IMG/VR virus record: IMGVR_UViG_3300015263_000719
Location: 15,834-79,833 of that record
DNA: 64,000 nt
Source: a virus
Direction: 5' to 3' (one strand)
The stretch's first letter is position 1. Every line of letters starts with the position of its first letter. Below the pieces are notes generated by a model. That model was not told where the DNA came from. It made no database searches and saw only the letters and a list, made by a program, of their open reading frames with translations. Below are positions 1-11,423 of the stretch, one piece after another. A program made the translations under genes and the position numbers.

Positions 1-2
1 AT

Positions 3-3000
3 AACAGTACTTAGATACATTGGAGGAAGAATAGCATATACCTGCTTACCTTCAGCATTTCTGAATACTGATTCACCAATAGATTCATCAAATAAAGCAT
101 TTGCTTTTGCAACTTTTGAGAAAGTACCCATACCTTTTTTATTCAATCTAAGTGAATAAATTCCTGAAGGATTCTCACTAGTAATAGGATACTCCCTATT
201 CCATTTTCTCAATAGAGTAAACAGAACTTCATTAGGAGTTGCTTCAATATGTAAAGGTGTAACATTACCATAGACTGAATAGAATTGACTATATTCATTA
301 TATAAGTCTGGATTAGCCTCTTCATATTGCATCCATCTGTCCTTATGGAAATTAAGTAATGACCATTTAATATAACCAACAGATATATCCATACCAAGTT
401 TTTTGAACTTAGCCTGTATATCTTTAGCATGACTATCAATAGATTTGTGATCAGTACCATTAAAGTCTTTACCCATTACTACAACTTTGTCATAATAATG
501 ATCTTGAATAGAATCAACTATCTTGTCAAATTCATTTTTATCAAGCTTTAAAGCTTCCATTTGTCCTTGCCAGGATTCAAGTTGTATTTTATCAGTACCT
601 GTTCTGTTTGAAGTAAATGTTCTTGTACTTACTTTATCTTTATTAGCTCCTTTATCAAACAGGATTGTCATAAAGTCAAGCATATCTTTATTAAAAGATG
701 CTATGAATAAGTTAAATGTAGATGATTCTCGAAGAATCTTTATATCTTGTTCTGATAACTTTGGTTGAGAAAATAATTCTTCAACTTCAGATACTTCAAG
801 TCCAGCCTGATTAGCAATATCATTGATAAATTTATTATAGAATGCTCTGGTGTTAGGATTATTATTTGAGAATACTCTGAATTTATTGAACATATTTTCA
901 ATATCAGTATTCATCATAGCTCTGAGAAGACCATTGTAAATCATACCACCATTAACAGTAACCTCAAACTTAGGATCTTTCATTTCTGAAGGATCAAGTC
1001 CAAATCCAAATTCATCTATACTATTTGTAGTAGTATAGATATATTCTCTCATAACCTTTGACAGACTTTGTACACCACCAACTTCATATAGAGCCTGGTT
1101 GAATCTTGCAAAGTCATTCTCACCATTGTATTCAGCTTCCTGTTCAAGTTGATCTAACTCATGAGATTCAGCTAATCCTTGAATATCTACAGATTTTGTT
1201 CTGGTCTGAACATCTTTAACAATTGTTTTTATGTTATCTTCATTCTCAAGTGCTCTATAGATTTTAACCATTCTGTTTATAATAGTCCATGGATTCTTTC
1301 CAGATTTTGCATACTTATCTAATTCAGCTTCCCATTTCTCAGGATTATATCTTTCCCTAAAAGCCTTTATTTCATTTCTTATTCTATAAGGAGCAGTAGG
1401 ATCATAGTTAGCTTGTGTAGCTGCAGCTCTTACTACTTCATTAAACACACCAAATATTATCCTATTCTCTTCTGGTTTAGACAGAATAGAAAATGTACCA
1501 TTATTAACAAGTCTTGTACCATCAACATCTTTAACTTTAATTGCCATAAATGCAGGAGGATAAGACCTGTATATAGGATTAGTATTAGGACTAGGTGTAT
1601 GTTTATAGTTACCATTGTATATATCACTAAAGGTAGCTTCAATATAATTCTTGTTTCCCACAAGCATATTGATCCACTTTTTAAGTGTATTGATTAATCT
1701 TTGTAACCAGCCAGTAACTTTTTTATCTCTGTTATAGGCATATTCCATAAAGTCATCAGCAAGCTTTTCTTCATAGTAAAGATCCCTTAACTGTTGCATA
1801 GTAAGAACTCTTCCATTGGAAATAGCCAAGTCCCTTAATCTGTTAAGATCTTCATTAGTAGGTTTAGCATACTTATTCTTAGCATGAGCAAGTAATGTTC
1901 TTACCTGATGATCTTTAAATATACTTCTGAACACAACATGAAATGCTTCATGGTATGCAACTTTGTTACCACCCAGCTTAGACAGATATACAACATTATC
2001 AAGGTATGCACCAAGTAATACATCACCTTCCATGACAGTAGCTATTAATCTTTCAATGTCTTCTACCTTTACCCAATTAGGTAATATACGACTAAGTATA
2101 GCTACCTTTTCACTAAATGCAGTCTGAGGATCTGTAAAGTTTTCATCTGCTCTTATTGTCTTAAATGGAATACCATCGTCAGGTTTTGCTTTACCATATT
2201 TTGCTTCCATGCTTTTGAGCAAAGGATCTTCTTCTAACTCAATAGTGGAAGTTGGTCCTTCAGGTTTAGTAGATCCAGTGAGATCTGATAAGGTAGCTAT
2301 AAGATTTAAGAACTCATTTCTATTATGTTGAAAAGCTACTTTAAGTAAAGTAGTACCTTGTCTTGACATTTCATCTTCAACAGTATCTATTAAATCCTGC
2401 ATGTTCTCATATGTACCTACAAGTAATGAAGCATCTTGTTCTAACTGATCATACTTCTCTTCAAGAGTTGCTCCGTTAGGAAAACCATTAGTAAACTTCT
2501 CTATTACTGCATCTAATCCACTAATAAGACTAAATGCAGATTCACCACTTGCAGTACCAGAAGATGCTGGATTAACTTCCTCTTCTTCTTTTTCTTCTAC
2601 TGTACCAAATACAGATGTAATATGACTCTTTAGTTTTCTAAGAGCATCAGCATATTTATTCTCTTTACTTTTACTTACTCTAGTACCTTCTTTAATCTGC
2701 TTGTCTATTCTGTTAGCCATGAATTCTGTAGCAGCAACAAGGTCTTCATACTTTTCAAGACTTTCTCTTAAATCATTTGGATCTGTTTCAGATAAGAATA
2801 AATGTAGATTAGCTAAGAAATTATTAGCATGGTTTAATTGAATGTTTACATCTTCATCATCAAGTGTTGATGTCTTTCCACCTTTCTCTTTAAGAACTTC
2901 TTTTCTTAACTTACTAGATCTGCTTTCAGTTTTAGTTGTCTCCTTTTTAGCAGCAGAAGTAACTGTTGGTGGTTTACCAATAGTAATAGTTTCATAGAAG

Positions 3001-3224
3001 TCTTTAAGACCATTTACTCTTACTTCAGCTTCAGTAGTAGGAACAGCATTCATTGTCATCTTACCTACATTCTCAGGAGCTTTATCCTGTACAGCTTTAA
3101 TGGCTGCAAATTGCATATCAGGGAAGTAATTGTCTCTAAGTTTCTTAATAGGTGTTTCTATTTTACCTTCCACTATTCTTATCACATGCTTTTCAAAGTC
3201 ATCAAAGTTTTTGATTTTACCATT
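3..3224 (-). CDS. Giant virion cargo/ejection protein, C-terminal part, with a zincin-like metalloprotease domain. Runs off the window end. Either continues ORF 3182-7336 in the -1 frame or is a separate gene starting at GTG 3185 or ATG 3116
   Basis: Missing from the ORF track, consistent with no stop before the window edge. Spot translations in this frame give NGKIKNFDDFEKHVIRIVEGK..., VAYHEAFHVVFRS (about 1925-1960), LYYEEKLADDF and FRNAEGKQVYAILPPMY. HExxH plus a downstream EExxA is the zincin signature seen in crAss-like giant virion proteins. Confidence 0.8.
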
Positions 3225-6200
3225 TTAGCACCTTCACCTTCAAACTTAGTAATTTTAAATCTTACACCAATATGTCCTCTGTTATCTCCAGCAATAAGTT
3301 TATCAGATTTTAGAGTTACAAATAAAGGTCTACCTTCATGGTCAAGAACTTCTACACCAGATTTAACAGCACCTGGAGTATCTTCAACTTCTTTTACCTG
3401 TTTCATTATTGAATCCCAGGTAGCTTCTCTATCAACCATATCTTCAAGATTAGGTTGACCAAGATCATATACCATAGGTTCCCTTTTGTATTTAGTCTCT
3501 TTACCAGGGAGTCTTCTTTGATGTGTTGCAATTACAGCATATTGTCCTGCTTTTGGAATATGAAATTTGTTCTTTGCTGAATTCCACTGCATAGACTTAT
3601 CTGTTTCAATCCACTTCTTTACAGCAGCAGCTTCAACAAGATCAAGTTGTCTCCATACTCCAGCTTCTCTGATCCACATATTATTTTTAGGAGTATGCAT
3701 TGCAGGATTAGTTAATGAATCTCTTTCTACAATGAATATACCTGTACCTACATCTGGTATAGAAAGCTCATATTCATCACCTTGGAAGAATTCATCAACT
3801 GCTGGTTTATTATCTAAAAGCTTTTTAAATCCAAATGTCATAACAACAGTTCCCATACTACCAACCATAACAGAATCACCATCCTTTGCAAGATTTTTAT
3901 CAAAGATTTCTTTCATCTTATTATATCTTGCTAAGAACCATGCTCCATCAGTAGTAGGTTTACCGTCATCTGACACAAATTTATTATTAAGTGCCTGTAA
4001 ATTAGCTATACCTTCTTTAGTTGTATGATCAAGATTTAATTCATTACCTTTGCTATCCAGGAATCTTCTTGGATCTGGCATGTATCCCAATCTGTACCAA
4101 GTATTACCTTTCTCATCTGTTCTTACAAACTGAGGAGGTACATTCATTTTCTTATCAGTCTTATACCATAGATGAACTGCTTTACCATCAAGCTTAACAT
4201 GTCCATTTACAGAAGATACTTTACTATTGTGGTCATTTATTTTACCATAACCATCTCCATCATAATCATCTACTGACAACATTGCATTATCTTTCATATC
4301 TCCATAGGATAAACTGGAAAGAAATGCTTTTAATTCAGCAGGTTGATTCTCTGTTTGAAGTCTGTTAAAGTATCTGTATTCATGAACAACTGTATCAAGT
4401 ACAGAAGCTTTAAGATTATCATCTTTCTTTTTCTTAGCTGCCTGAGAACTTTTAATATTATCTATTCTGAATTGTGCATCATCAGCAGCATCAGCATAAT
4501 TGTTTTGTTTTTCTCCTGTATATTTTTTAGCTTTATTTTCAAAAGCCTTTTTCCATGTATCAAGAATAGCAAGTTGTTCAGCTTCTGTCTTAGATGAATC
4601 ACCTATTTCAGCATTATACTGATCCCAATCTTTCTTAAACTCTTCATCTGTTACATTATCAAGTTTGGTTTTATTCTTAGCTATGTCTGCTGCTTTTTGT
4701 TTCTGAGTAACAGCTTCTGGTTTAACACCTCTTATAATAGCACCTTCTCTTCTTAATTCAGCAGAAGCATAAGCATAGTTTTTAATAAGCTTATCATTAA
4801 CATCTTTAAATGTTTTTTGTCCTTCAGGAGTAAACATCCAGTTATAGTTGTTTACCAGTTCAACTTTTTGTGCTCTTAAAGCAGCTAAATCACCTACAAG
4901 TCTAGCAACCTTCTGTGCATCAGAAGGATCAAGTGCTTCAACTAAACTCTTAATTTCTTTACCATATGCATCCATAGCCTCAGCTACATTATCAAAGTCT
5001 TCAATGTTTTTATTGAATTCCTTTTCAATGGTTTTTAATCTTTCAGCTTCTGCTTTAGCCTCAGTATTTCTTTTTTCTCTTAAAGCATCAAGTTTCTTCT
5101 GAGCAGTATTCCACTTTTCATAAGTAATTGATTTATCTTTTTTAGCCTGATCTATTTTCTTTTGATGAATATCTTCCATCTCAAGTCTTACTCTATTGAT
5201 TTCCCAACCAAGATTCTGCATTTCAACAGACTGTTCTGGAGTTGGTTTACCACCAGTTTGAGATCTAAGTTCATCTAATTTCTTTCTAAGTTTTGATAAC
5301 TTAGGATGTGTTTCTTTTTCTTCAGCAAGAGTACTTACAAGTGCATCATATTCTTCCTCTGCCTGATCAAGACTTTTTCTGGCTTTAGTGACTGATCCTT
5401 TTTGAGCTGCCATTTTGTGTTTATAATCCACAAAGGTTTTTAATTTGTTTGGATCAATACCTTGTGCAATAGAGGTTATTTCTGATGAAAGATTTTCTTC
5501 TCTAATACCAGAGTCTTTAATTCTATATATAAGGTGAGCAAGTGCTGTTTTAAAGTTTTGAGCATTATCATCTGAATAATCTTCAGATGGTTCAAATACT
5601 TCTGCATCAGACATAGCTGAATCTACAGCTTTTGCCTTTTCTTTAAATGATTGTATTACCTGACTTTTTCTTTTGGCAAGTTCTTCTTCAGTAGCATTTT
5701 GATAACCAAACTCTGCAGTAAACTCATCAATGCTCATATTTTCTACTTTTGATACATATGCATCAACAGTATCTCCCATCATACCAGCATCATATCTTGC
5801 AGCCAAGAATCCAAATGTTTTATCAGCTTCAGCATTTTTAGCTTCAAATAATCTACCTTCTTCTATTGCATCACCAATAGCTTCATTGCCTGTATACATT
5901 TGATTATTAGCTTTTATTTGCTCTCTGATATTATCATAGGTTCTTTTAGTATTTCTCCATGCAAGATGTTCCTGTTCTTTTTTTGCTCCTTTATATTCAA
6001 AGATAGCTTCAGCTATTCCTCCAGCCCATCCTTCTTTTTTCCATGGAGCTGCTCTAAATGTAGGCATACTCATAGCACCTACAAGCATTCCAATACCAAT
6101 TTCTTTTTGACCTTCTTTAGTACCATATGTTTCACCTAATGCCTGAGTGATTGCATCAATCATTCCAGCAGATGCTTTAGTACCATCAGAACTATAACTA

Positions 6201-7336
6201 TTTTGAAGATAATTAAGTGCAGTATTTGAGATTACTGATTGCCCACCTTCTTCAACTATACCTTCAGCAATTGGATTTTTTACTACTCTCCAACCAACAT
6301 CAACAATTCTATCAAGTTTATTGGCAGCTTTACTACCAGTTTTGTAAGCTGCTCCAAATTTACCTGTAAGTAAATCACCAGCTTCTTGTTTAATACCTTT
6401 AGTGAAACCAACTTTAGCTTGTGTTCTAAGACCTGGACCAAAGATAGATTTAAACTGTTCAGCATTAGACCAACCAACAAGAGCAAGATTAGCTGCAAAT
6501 ACAGCATTAGCTTGTTTGTTAATAAAGTCAGCAGCCATTCCAAGATCTTCTGCAGATGCATCAGGATGTTCAACTCTAAAAGCTTCCATAGCCTGATCTC
6601 TGAAATGTCTAGCTTCTACTCCAGATTCATAACCAGCTCCTGTAATAACTTGTCTTAATGTGTTAACAGCTCTTTCTCCTCTTTTCATTTTTTTAGCTTG
6701 ATTAACACCTTTCATTAATTGTTTTGCAGTGGCAAGCAACTTAGCTGTTTGTGCTGCTTGAATAGGTGAGGCTGCTCCAGCAGAAAGTCCTGTGGCAGCA
6801 GTAAGAATTAATTCAGACAAAATAGCACCAGCAGTAAAAGATAGTGCACCTGATACATCATTAAGCCAGAAATTAGCTGAACCTAGTGATTGAAAGAAAC
6901 TGGCATCTTGTTCTGCTTTTGTATAATAGTGAGCAAGATTATCATCCATTTTTTCATTCCAATCATCAAGATGTTCTTGAAAATCATTATCAAAGAAAGA
7001 ACCAAATTCACCAGTAGCAAAAGAGTCACCAAGTCCATATAATGAACCAATGGTTGCACCTGCTACAGCAGTAGCTGTTTTGCCTAAGAACTTAGCAACA
7101 CCTCTTCCAAGCTTTTCTTTGAAAGGTTGTCTCTGTGCTCTTTCTTCATCCATATCAAGAAAAGGCACTGCATTGACTCCATATCTTAAATATGTACTAA
7201 GAGGATCAATGCCTTCATATTCAGTTATTGATGTTTGTCTACCTGTTAACTCAGGTATTCCTGCACTAAGAGTACTTCTTCTTCCTACTCCTTCTACCAA
7301 TCCAGTTATAGGATTTATAGTATTTTTGTCTGCCAT
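3182..7336 (-). CDS. Large virion cargo/ejection protein (1384 aa as called), from the block that includes the virion RNA polymerase in crAss-like phages
   Basis: Gly/Ala-rich hydrophobic N-terminal helices and long coiled coils; lies downstream of the muzzle and cargo genes as in crAss-like phages. Confidence 0.7.
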   Translation of the reverse strand: MADKNTINPITGLVEGVGRRSTLSAGIPELTGRQTSITEYEGIDPLSTYLRYGVNAVPFLDMDEERAQRQPFKEKLGRGVAKFLGKTATAVAGATIGSLYGLGDSFATGEFGSFFDNDFQEHLDDWNEKMDDNLAHYYTKAEQDASFFQSLGSANFWLNDVSGALSFTAGAILSELILTAATGLSAGAASPIQAAQTAKLLATAKQLMKGVNQAKKMKRGERAVNTLRQVITGAGYESGVEARHFRDQAMEAFRVEHPDASAEDLGMAADFINKQANAVFAANLALVGWSNAEQFKSIFGPGLRTQAKVGFTKGIKQEAGDLLTGKFGAAYKTGSKAANKLDRIVDVGWRVVKNPIAEGIVEEGGQSVISNTALNYLQNSYSSDGTKASAGMIDAITQALGETYGTKEGQKEIGIGMLVGAMSMPTFRAAPWKKEGWAGGIAEAIFEYKGAKKEQEHLAWRNTKRTYDNIREQIKANNQMYTGNEAIGDAIEEGRLFEAKNAEADKTFGFLAARYDAGMMGDTVDAYVSKVENMSIDEFTAEFGYQNATEEELAKRKSQVIQSFKEKAKAVDSAMSDAEVFEPSEDYSDDNAQNFKTALAHLIYRIKDSGIREENLSSEITSIAQGIDPNKLKTFVDYKHKMAAQKGSVTKARKSLDQAEEEYDALVSTLAEEKETHPKLSKLRKKLDELRSQTGGKPTPEQSVEMQNLGWEINRVRLEMEDIHQKKIDQAKKDKSITYEKWNTAQKKLDALREKRNTEAKAEAERLKTIEKEFNKNIEDFDNVAEAMDAYGKEIKSLVEALDPSDAQKVARLVGDLAALRAQKVELVNNYNWMFTPEGQKTFKDVNDKLIKNYAYASAELRREGAIIRGVKPEAVTQKQKAADIAKNKTKLDNVTDEEFKKDWDQYNAEIGDSSKTEAEQLAILDTWKKAFENKAKKYTGEKQNNYADAADDAQFRIDNIKSSQAAKKKKDDNLKASVLDTVVHEYRYFNRLQTENQPAELKAFLSSLSYGDMKDNAMLSVDDYDGDGYGKINDHNSKVSSVNGHVKLDGKAVHLWYKTDKKMNVPPQFVRTDEKGNTWYRLGYMPDPRRFLDSKGNELNLDHTTKEGIANLQALNNKFVSDDGKPTTDGAWFLARYNKMKEIFDKNLAKDGDSVMVGSMGTVVMTFGFKKLLDNKPAVDEFFQGDEYELSIPDVGTGIFIVERDSLTNPAMHTPKNNMWIREAGVWRQLDLVEAAAVKKWIETDKSMQWNSAKNKFHIPKAGQYAVIATHQRRLPGKETKYKREPMVYDLGQPNLEDMVDREATWDSIMKQVKEVEDTPGAVKSGVEVLDHEGRPLFVTLKSDKLIAGDNRGHIGVRFKITKFEGEGAKMVKSKTLMTLKSM

Positions 7337-7347
7337 GTTTGTTTAAA

Positions 7348-9465
7348 TTATTTTTGTTCTATAATCTCAGTTCCATTTAACTGTTGTTTAGCTTCTTCTA
7401 TACTTGTAGCTAAACCACTACTAACTCTCTGTTGAGCTGCATATAAGTCTGCAAGATCGTTATAAAAATTGACAATTTCAAGTTTATGACCATTTATATA
7501 TCCAACTTTTTTTCCATTCTCTATTTTTACTTCAATATCATGTCCTTGAATTGCTCTTACTTTATGTTGTTGAGCACCATCAAAAGATACTGCATTTACT
7601 GCCATATCAGCAAGTACAGCAGGTGTTTGTAAAAATTCAGTTACAAAAGGATTATCTACACCACCTTCTTCAGCACTCATAGGTGAATAAAATTCAATAG
7701 GAACTTTTTCTATTCCTCCTTCTACTTTTCTTACAGCATGACCTTTAGCATGCCATAACCTTTTATTACTTTGAATAGTATTCTGAGTCATACCTACATT
7801 CTGTGGTTCTATCTCAAGATAGTAACCTGGCATAAATTGATCACCAGGCACACCATTAGGTTTACCTGGAGTAATATATGTCATACTTGATGCCTTAGTC
7901 ATCAATTGACCTGCTGTCTCTTCCTGAGCTACTTTAGCTCTTTTAGGAGCTATATCAAATCCAGGAAATGTATATATAGTGGTTGTACTTCTTACATGTT
8001 CACCACCTTTATTTTGTGACTCTAACCATTTATCAGCAGCTTTAGCTTGTTCTTCTTTGGCTGCATTAAGATCAGCATTAAGCCTATCCTGCATTATAAG
8101 CATGCCTTTACTTAATGTTTCATAATCAGTAGGAGTTATATTAGGATCATTTGACATATTTCTTAAACCTTCTTCAAGATCAGCTATTTGAGATTCTATA
8201 TTAGCTATATTGGCATTTTCTGCTACAGTATTTTGCAATGCAAGATCTAATCTACCTTGAGCTGATTCTGATGCAGCATAAGAATCCTGAATGTCACTTT
8301 TAGCCTGCTTTTCAAAAGTAGGATCAATTTTATTCTTTTCCAAATAGTCTGCCTTTGATGAATATAAAGGAAAACCAGTATCTTCATCAACAATCTTATT
8401 AACCCAATTTTCATTTAGAATATCATCTGGAGTAATATCTGCATGATATTGCTCAGGTATACTCATCATACCAAGGAATCTATCTCTGGTTGTCTCTCTA
8501 TTTACTTTTTGAGTATCCAGATAAGTAGTCATTTCTTCTACAGTATTCCCTGCAGGAAATTTTGTTTCTAATCCAATATTAGCAGTTCTTGTACCAGCAG
8601 TAGTAATCTTTTCAGTTTTTGCAGCAGCAGCTAAGGCAGCGTCATACTCCTTATCATTAAGATGTTGGAACTTTAACTTCTTATATCCTGCAGCAGATAC
8701 AGCAGTTTCAACTGCATCATGTAATATCTGATCAGCATTTTCACCATGAAGATCTGCTCTGTCTTTTAGATAAGCCTGAATCTGAGGATTATCTTTAGCT
8801 ACATTATAAAGATGTGTTCTTAATTCTGATTCTGATACAAACTCTTTAGTGTCATGTCTGTAATAGCCTTTTGGAGTTTTAACATAACCTTTGGATACAA
8901 GATCAGATTCCCACTTTTTACCAAAGTCAGTTAAGTAAGCTGGTATATCAACTACATCAGCAAGTTGTCTTCCTTCAAAAGTCCTGTAAGAACCTGGAGT
9001 ATTCTGATCAAGAGTTCCTTCCCACTTATCAATAAGCTCAATAGCTTTAGTTTTAGTAAGTGCATCTATCTTATCATTCTTTTGAATACCTTGTTTGTAA
9101 GCTTCAATTCTGGCAAGGTTATCTTCATAAGCTTTAGCTTCACCTCCAGGTTGAAAGTCTCTTCCAACTTGTCTTACCAGTTCAGATTGCATCATTTTAG
9201 CTCTGGCAATATCTCCTGTACTATACAAATTAGTAATCTGATCTATACCTTCCTGTCTTTTCTTCATATATTCAGATACATTACCTGTATCTGTTTTGTA
9301 ATGAGCAGGAACTTTATCAAAAATAAGTTCAGCAGTATCCTTTTCTAATTGTGTCTTAGCCAGTATCTCATCCCAAGCTTTAAAGTCTGGTATAAACTCC
9401 TGGGGAACATAATGCTGCATTCCCCAATCATATTGTACTGGTGTATCAAATCTATTTATTGGCAT
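7348..9465 (-). CDS. Putative virion cargo protein (705 aa)
   Basis: Long helical ORF coupled to the upstream gene; N-terminus MPINRFDTP...YVPQ...PDF; synteny. Confidence 0.55.
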   Translation of the reverse strand: MPINRFDTPVQYDWGMQHYVPQEFIPDFKAWDEILAKTQLEKDTAELIFDKVPAHYKTDTGNVSEYMKKRQEGIDQITNLYSTGDIARAKMMQSELVRQVGRDFQPGGEAKAYEDNLARIEAYKQGIQKNDKIDALTKTKAIELIDKWEGTLDQNTPGSYRTFEGRQLADVVDIPAYLTDFGKKWESDLVSKGYVKTPKGYYRHDTKEFVSESELRTHLYNVAKDNPQIQAYLKDRADLHGENADQILHDAVETAVSAAGYKKLKFQHLNDKEYDAALAAAAKTEKITTAGTRTANIGLETKFPAGNTVEEMTTYLDTQKVNRETTRDRFLGMMSIPEQYHADITPDDILNENWVNKIVDEDTGFPLYSSKADYLEKNKIDPTFEKQAKSDIQDSYAASESAQGRLDLALQNTVAENANIANIESQIADLEEGLRNMSNDPNITPTDYETLSKGMLIMQDRLNADLNAAKEEQAKAADKWLESQNKGGEHVRSTTTIYTFPGFDIAPKRAKVAQEETAGQLMTKASSMTYITPGKPNGVPGDQFMPGYYLEIEPQNVGMTQNTIQSNKRLWHAKGHAVRKVEGGIEKVPIEFYSPMSAEEGGVDNPFVTEFLQTPAVLADMAVNAVSFDGAQQHKVRAIQGHDIEVKIENGKKVGYINGHKLEIVNFYNDLADLYAAQQRVSSGLATSIEEAKQQLNGTEIIEQK

Positions 9466-11402
9466 TATGTTGTACTTTCTTTAGCTTGTCCAACAGCATT
9501 ATAAAACTTAATGTAATCATTTACATCAGTTGATCCAGATTTTAATCTATCAATAAGTTCTTTTGTTAATCCAAAGTTCTCATATTTAGAACCTAGAATA
9601 GCAAGACCTTCTGCAATTGTCATCTTAGCAAGCTCCTGGTTATTTTCAATCATATCTTTAACATACTGTTTCTTGTTAAATTCAGAACCAATCTGACTTA
9701 GATTACTATAGAAGTCTCTAACAAATAATCTTTGTCGAGCATCATTCATAGACTGTCTTGTTTGTTGTTCTAATTTAGCAACTTTATCAGATTCACCTGT
9801 TTGAAATTTAACATTAGCTTCTGCAGATCTTAATGCATTATTTGCTTCTTGTTCTTTCATCTTAATATCAGATGCTGTTCTTCCAAGTTCACCAATTGCT
9901 TTTGATGCAAGTACTTGAGATGTAGTAAAACTACCAGCATTGTTTCTTGCATTTTCAATTGCAGCATTAGTATAACCTCTTGCTTCATTAAGTGCAGAAG
10001 TATAGTTAACTCCAAGACTTTCCATAATTTGTTCAACTTCTGGAATATTCATATTCTGTTGTAACTTTTCTCTTTCAGCAGGTTTAACTGAATCTAAAAA
10101 GCTTTGTACTAATGCAGAACCTTTTAATCCAATAGCAACTTTATTAAGGTCAAAATCAGATTTACCACCTGTTGTTGATTCAGTAGGAGTACCAGTGAAT
10201 ACATTATCAGTAGTAAGTTTTGTATCATCAGTAGCATAATCATTTGGAGTTGCTGCTACTCTTGGTTTAACCTGTAAAGCATCAGGAACAGTTATACCTT
10301 GTCCATTACCTCCAAAAGGATCAAAACTTCCATTCCATGTTCCAGTAGTAGTTGGTTGTTGTTGAGATGTTGAATCATCATAAAGTTTAGGTCCTGAAAC
10401 TGGAGGAATATAACTATTATCAATAGGTTTTAATTCACTGGGAGCTTTTGTAGGATAATCACTCAATCCTAAATTCTTAAATCCTGTAAGAATAGGATCT
10501 TCACCAGGAGGATCACCTAAATAACCACCTGGAGCATATGATTTCTTTCTCATACCACCACCTGAACAATACTCAAGTAACTCACCACCATATTTGTGAA
10601 TAAGTGTTTCTCCAAGATTCTTAATTTGTTTAACTGCTTCATTTCTTTTAGCAAGTTGTTCCATCTCAAAGTTTTTACTTCTCTTATCTATATCATTAAG
10701 GTCAGAGAATTTGTATTTTTTATCTATCATTTTTGACTTATCTGAAAAGAGTATTCCATCTGTATCTTTTAATCTGTCAGAAAATATAAAGGGTTGATTA
10801 TTATTAATATCAAATCCTGTTTCACCTCCTTCAACTTCTGCATCTGGAGATGCTGCATTAACATTCATATTCTGATCAATTGGTATTCCACCATTCTCAT
10901 GACTTGGACCTTCAAATTCAGTTAGCTCACCACCAAAAGCTTTTTTATTATGAGCTATCTTTTTAAATGTTTTAGCAAGATTATATCTTTTAGAACCTGG
11001 AGGACATGAATCACTTCCAAATTTCTCACCTGTACATACACCTTCAGTACCTCTACGCTTTATAGATTCTGTTGCTTTTTGAATCCAACCACCTTTTGCC
11101 ATAAAAGGATTAGTATCATTCTTCATCATACCCATAGGATTCTCTTCCATATGAGCAGCAGATCTTCCTGTTTTAATAGCTTCCTGTACTCCTTGTACAC
11201 TTTGCTGTATAAGACCAATTAAGGCAGCATAACCACTTCCCTGTCCACCAAAACCATTTGCTAAAGTTTTAGCACTATCTACAGCTTTGTTTACATCACC
11301 ACCATCATTCATAGTACCAATCCACATTTTACCTTTTTTAGGATCATTCTTTTTAGCATACTCTAAAAGTTGTGCTAATGGTAATTTAATTTTTTTCTTC
11401 AT
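9465..11402 (-). CDS. Virion cargo protein (645 aa) with repeated xxxGG motifs
   Basis: GPSHENGGIP...AEVEGGET...IFSDRL motif typical of the crAss-like cargo protein that follows the muzzle gene; C-terminal coiled coil. Confidence 0.65.
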   Translation of the reverse strand: MKKKIKLPLAQLLEYAKKNDPKKGKMWIGTMNDGGDVNKAVDSAKTLANGFGGQGSGYAALIGLIQQSVQGVQEAIKTGRSAAHMEENPMGMMKNDTNPFMAKGGWIQKATESIKRRGTEGVCTGEKFGSDSCPPGSKRYNLAKTFKKIAHNKKAFGGELTEFEGPSHENGGIPIDQNMNVNAASPDAEVEGGETGFDINNNQPFIFSDRLKDTDGILFSDKSKMIDKKYKFSDLNDIDKRSKNFEMEQLAKRNEAVKQIKNLGETLIHKYGGELLEYCSGGGMRKKSYAPGGYLGDPPGEDPILTGFKNLGLSDYPTKAPSELKPIDNSYIPPVSGPKLYDDSTSQQQPTTTGTWNGSFDPFGGNGQGITVPDALQVKPRVAATPNDYATDDTKLTTDNVFTGTPTESTTGGKSDFDLNKVAIGLKGSALVQSFLDSVKPAEREKLQQNMNIPEVEQIMESLGVNYTSALNEARGYTNAAIENARNNAGSFTTSQVLASKAIGELGRTASDIKMKEQEANNALRSAEANVKFQTGESDKVAKLEQQTRQSMNDARQRLFVRDFYSNLSQIGSEFNKKQYVKDMIENNQELAKMTIAEGLAILGSKYENFGLTKELIDRLKSGSTDVNDYIKFYNAVGQAKESTT

Positions 11403-11423
11403 AGTTCCTCCATTTTTAAATAA

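Noticed and set aside
4253-4267. DYDGD as the virion RNA polymerase catalytic motif
   Set aside because: The context (LSVDDYDGDGYG) lacks surrounding double-psi barrel features. The polymerase probably lies beyond the left window edge
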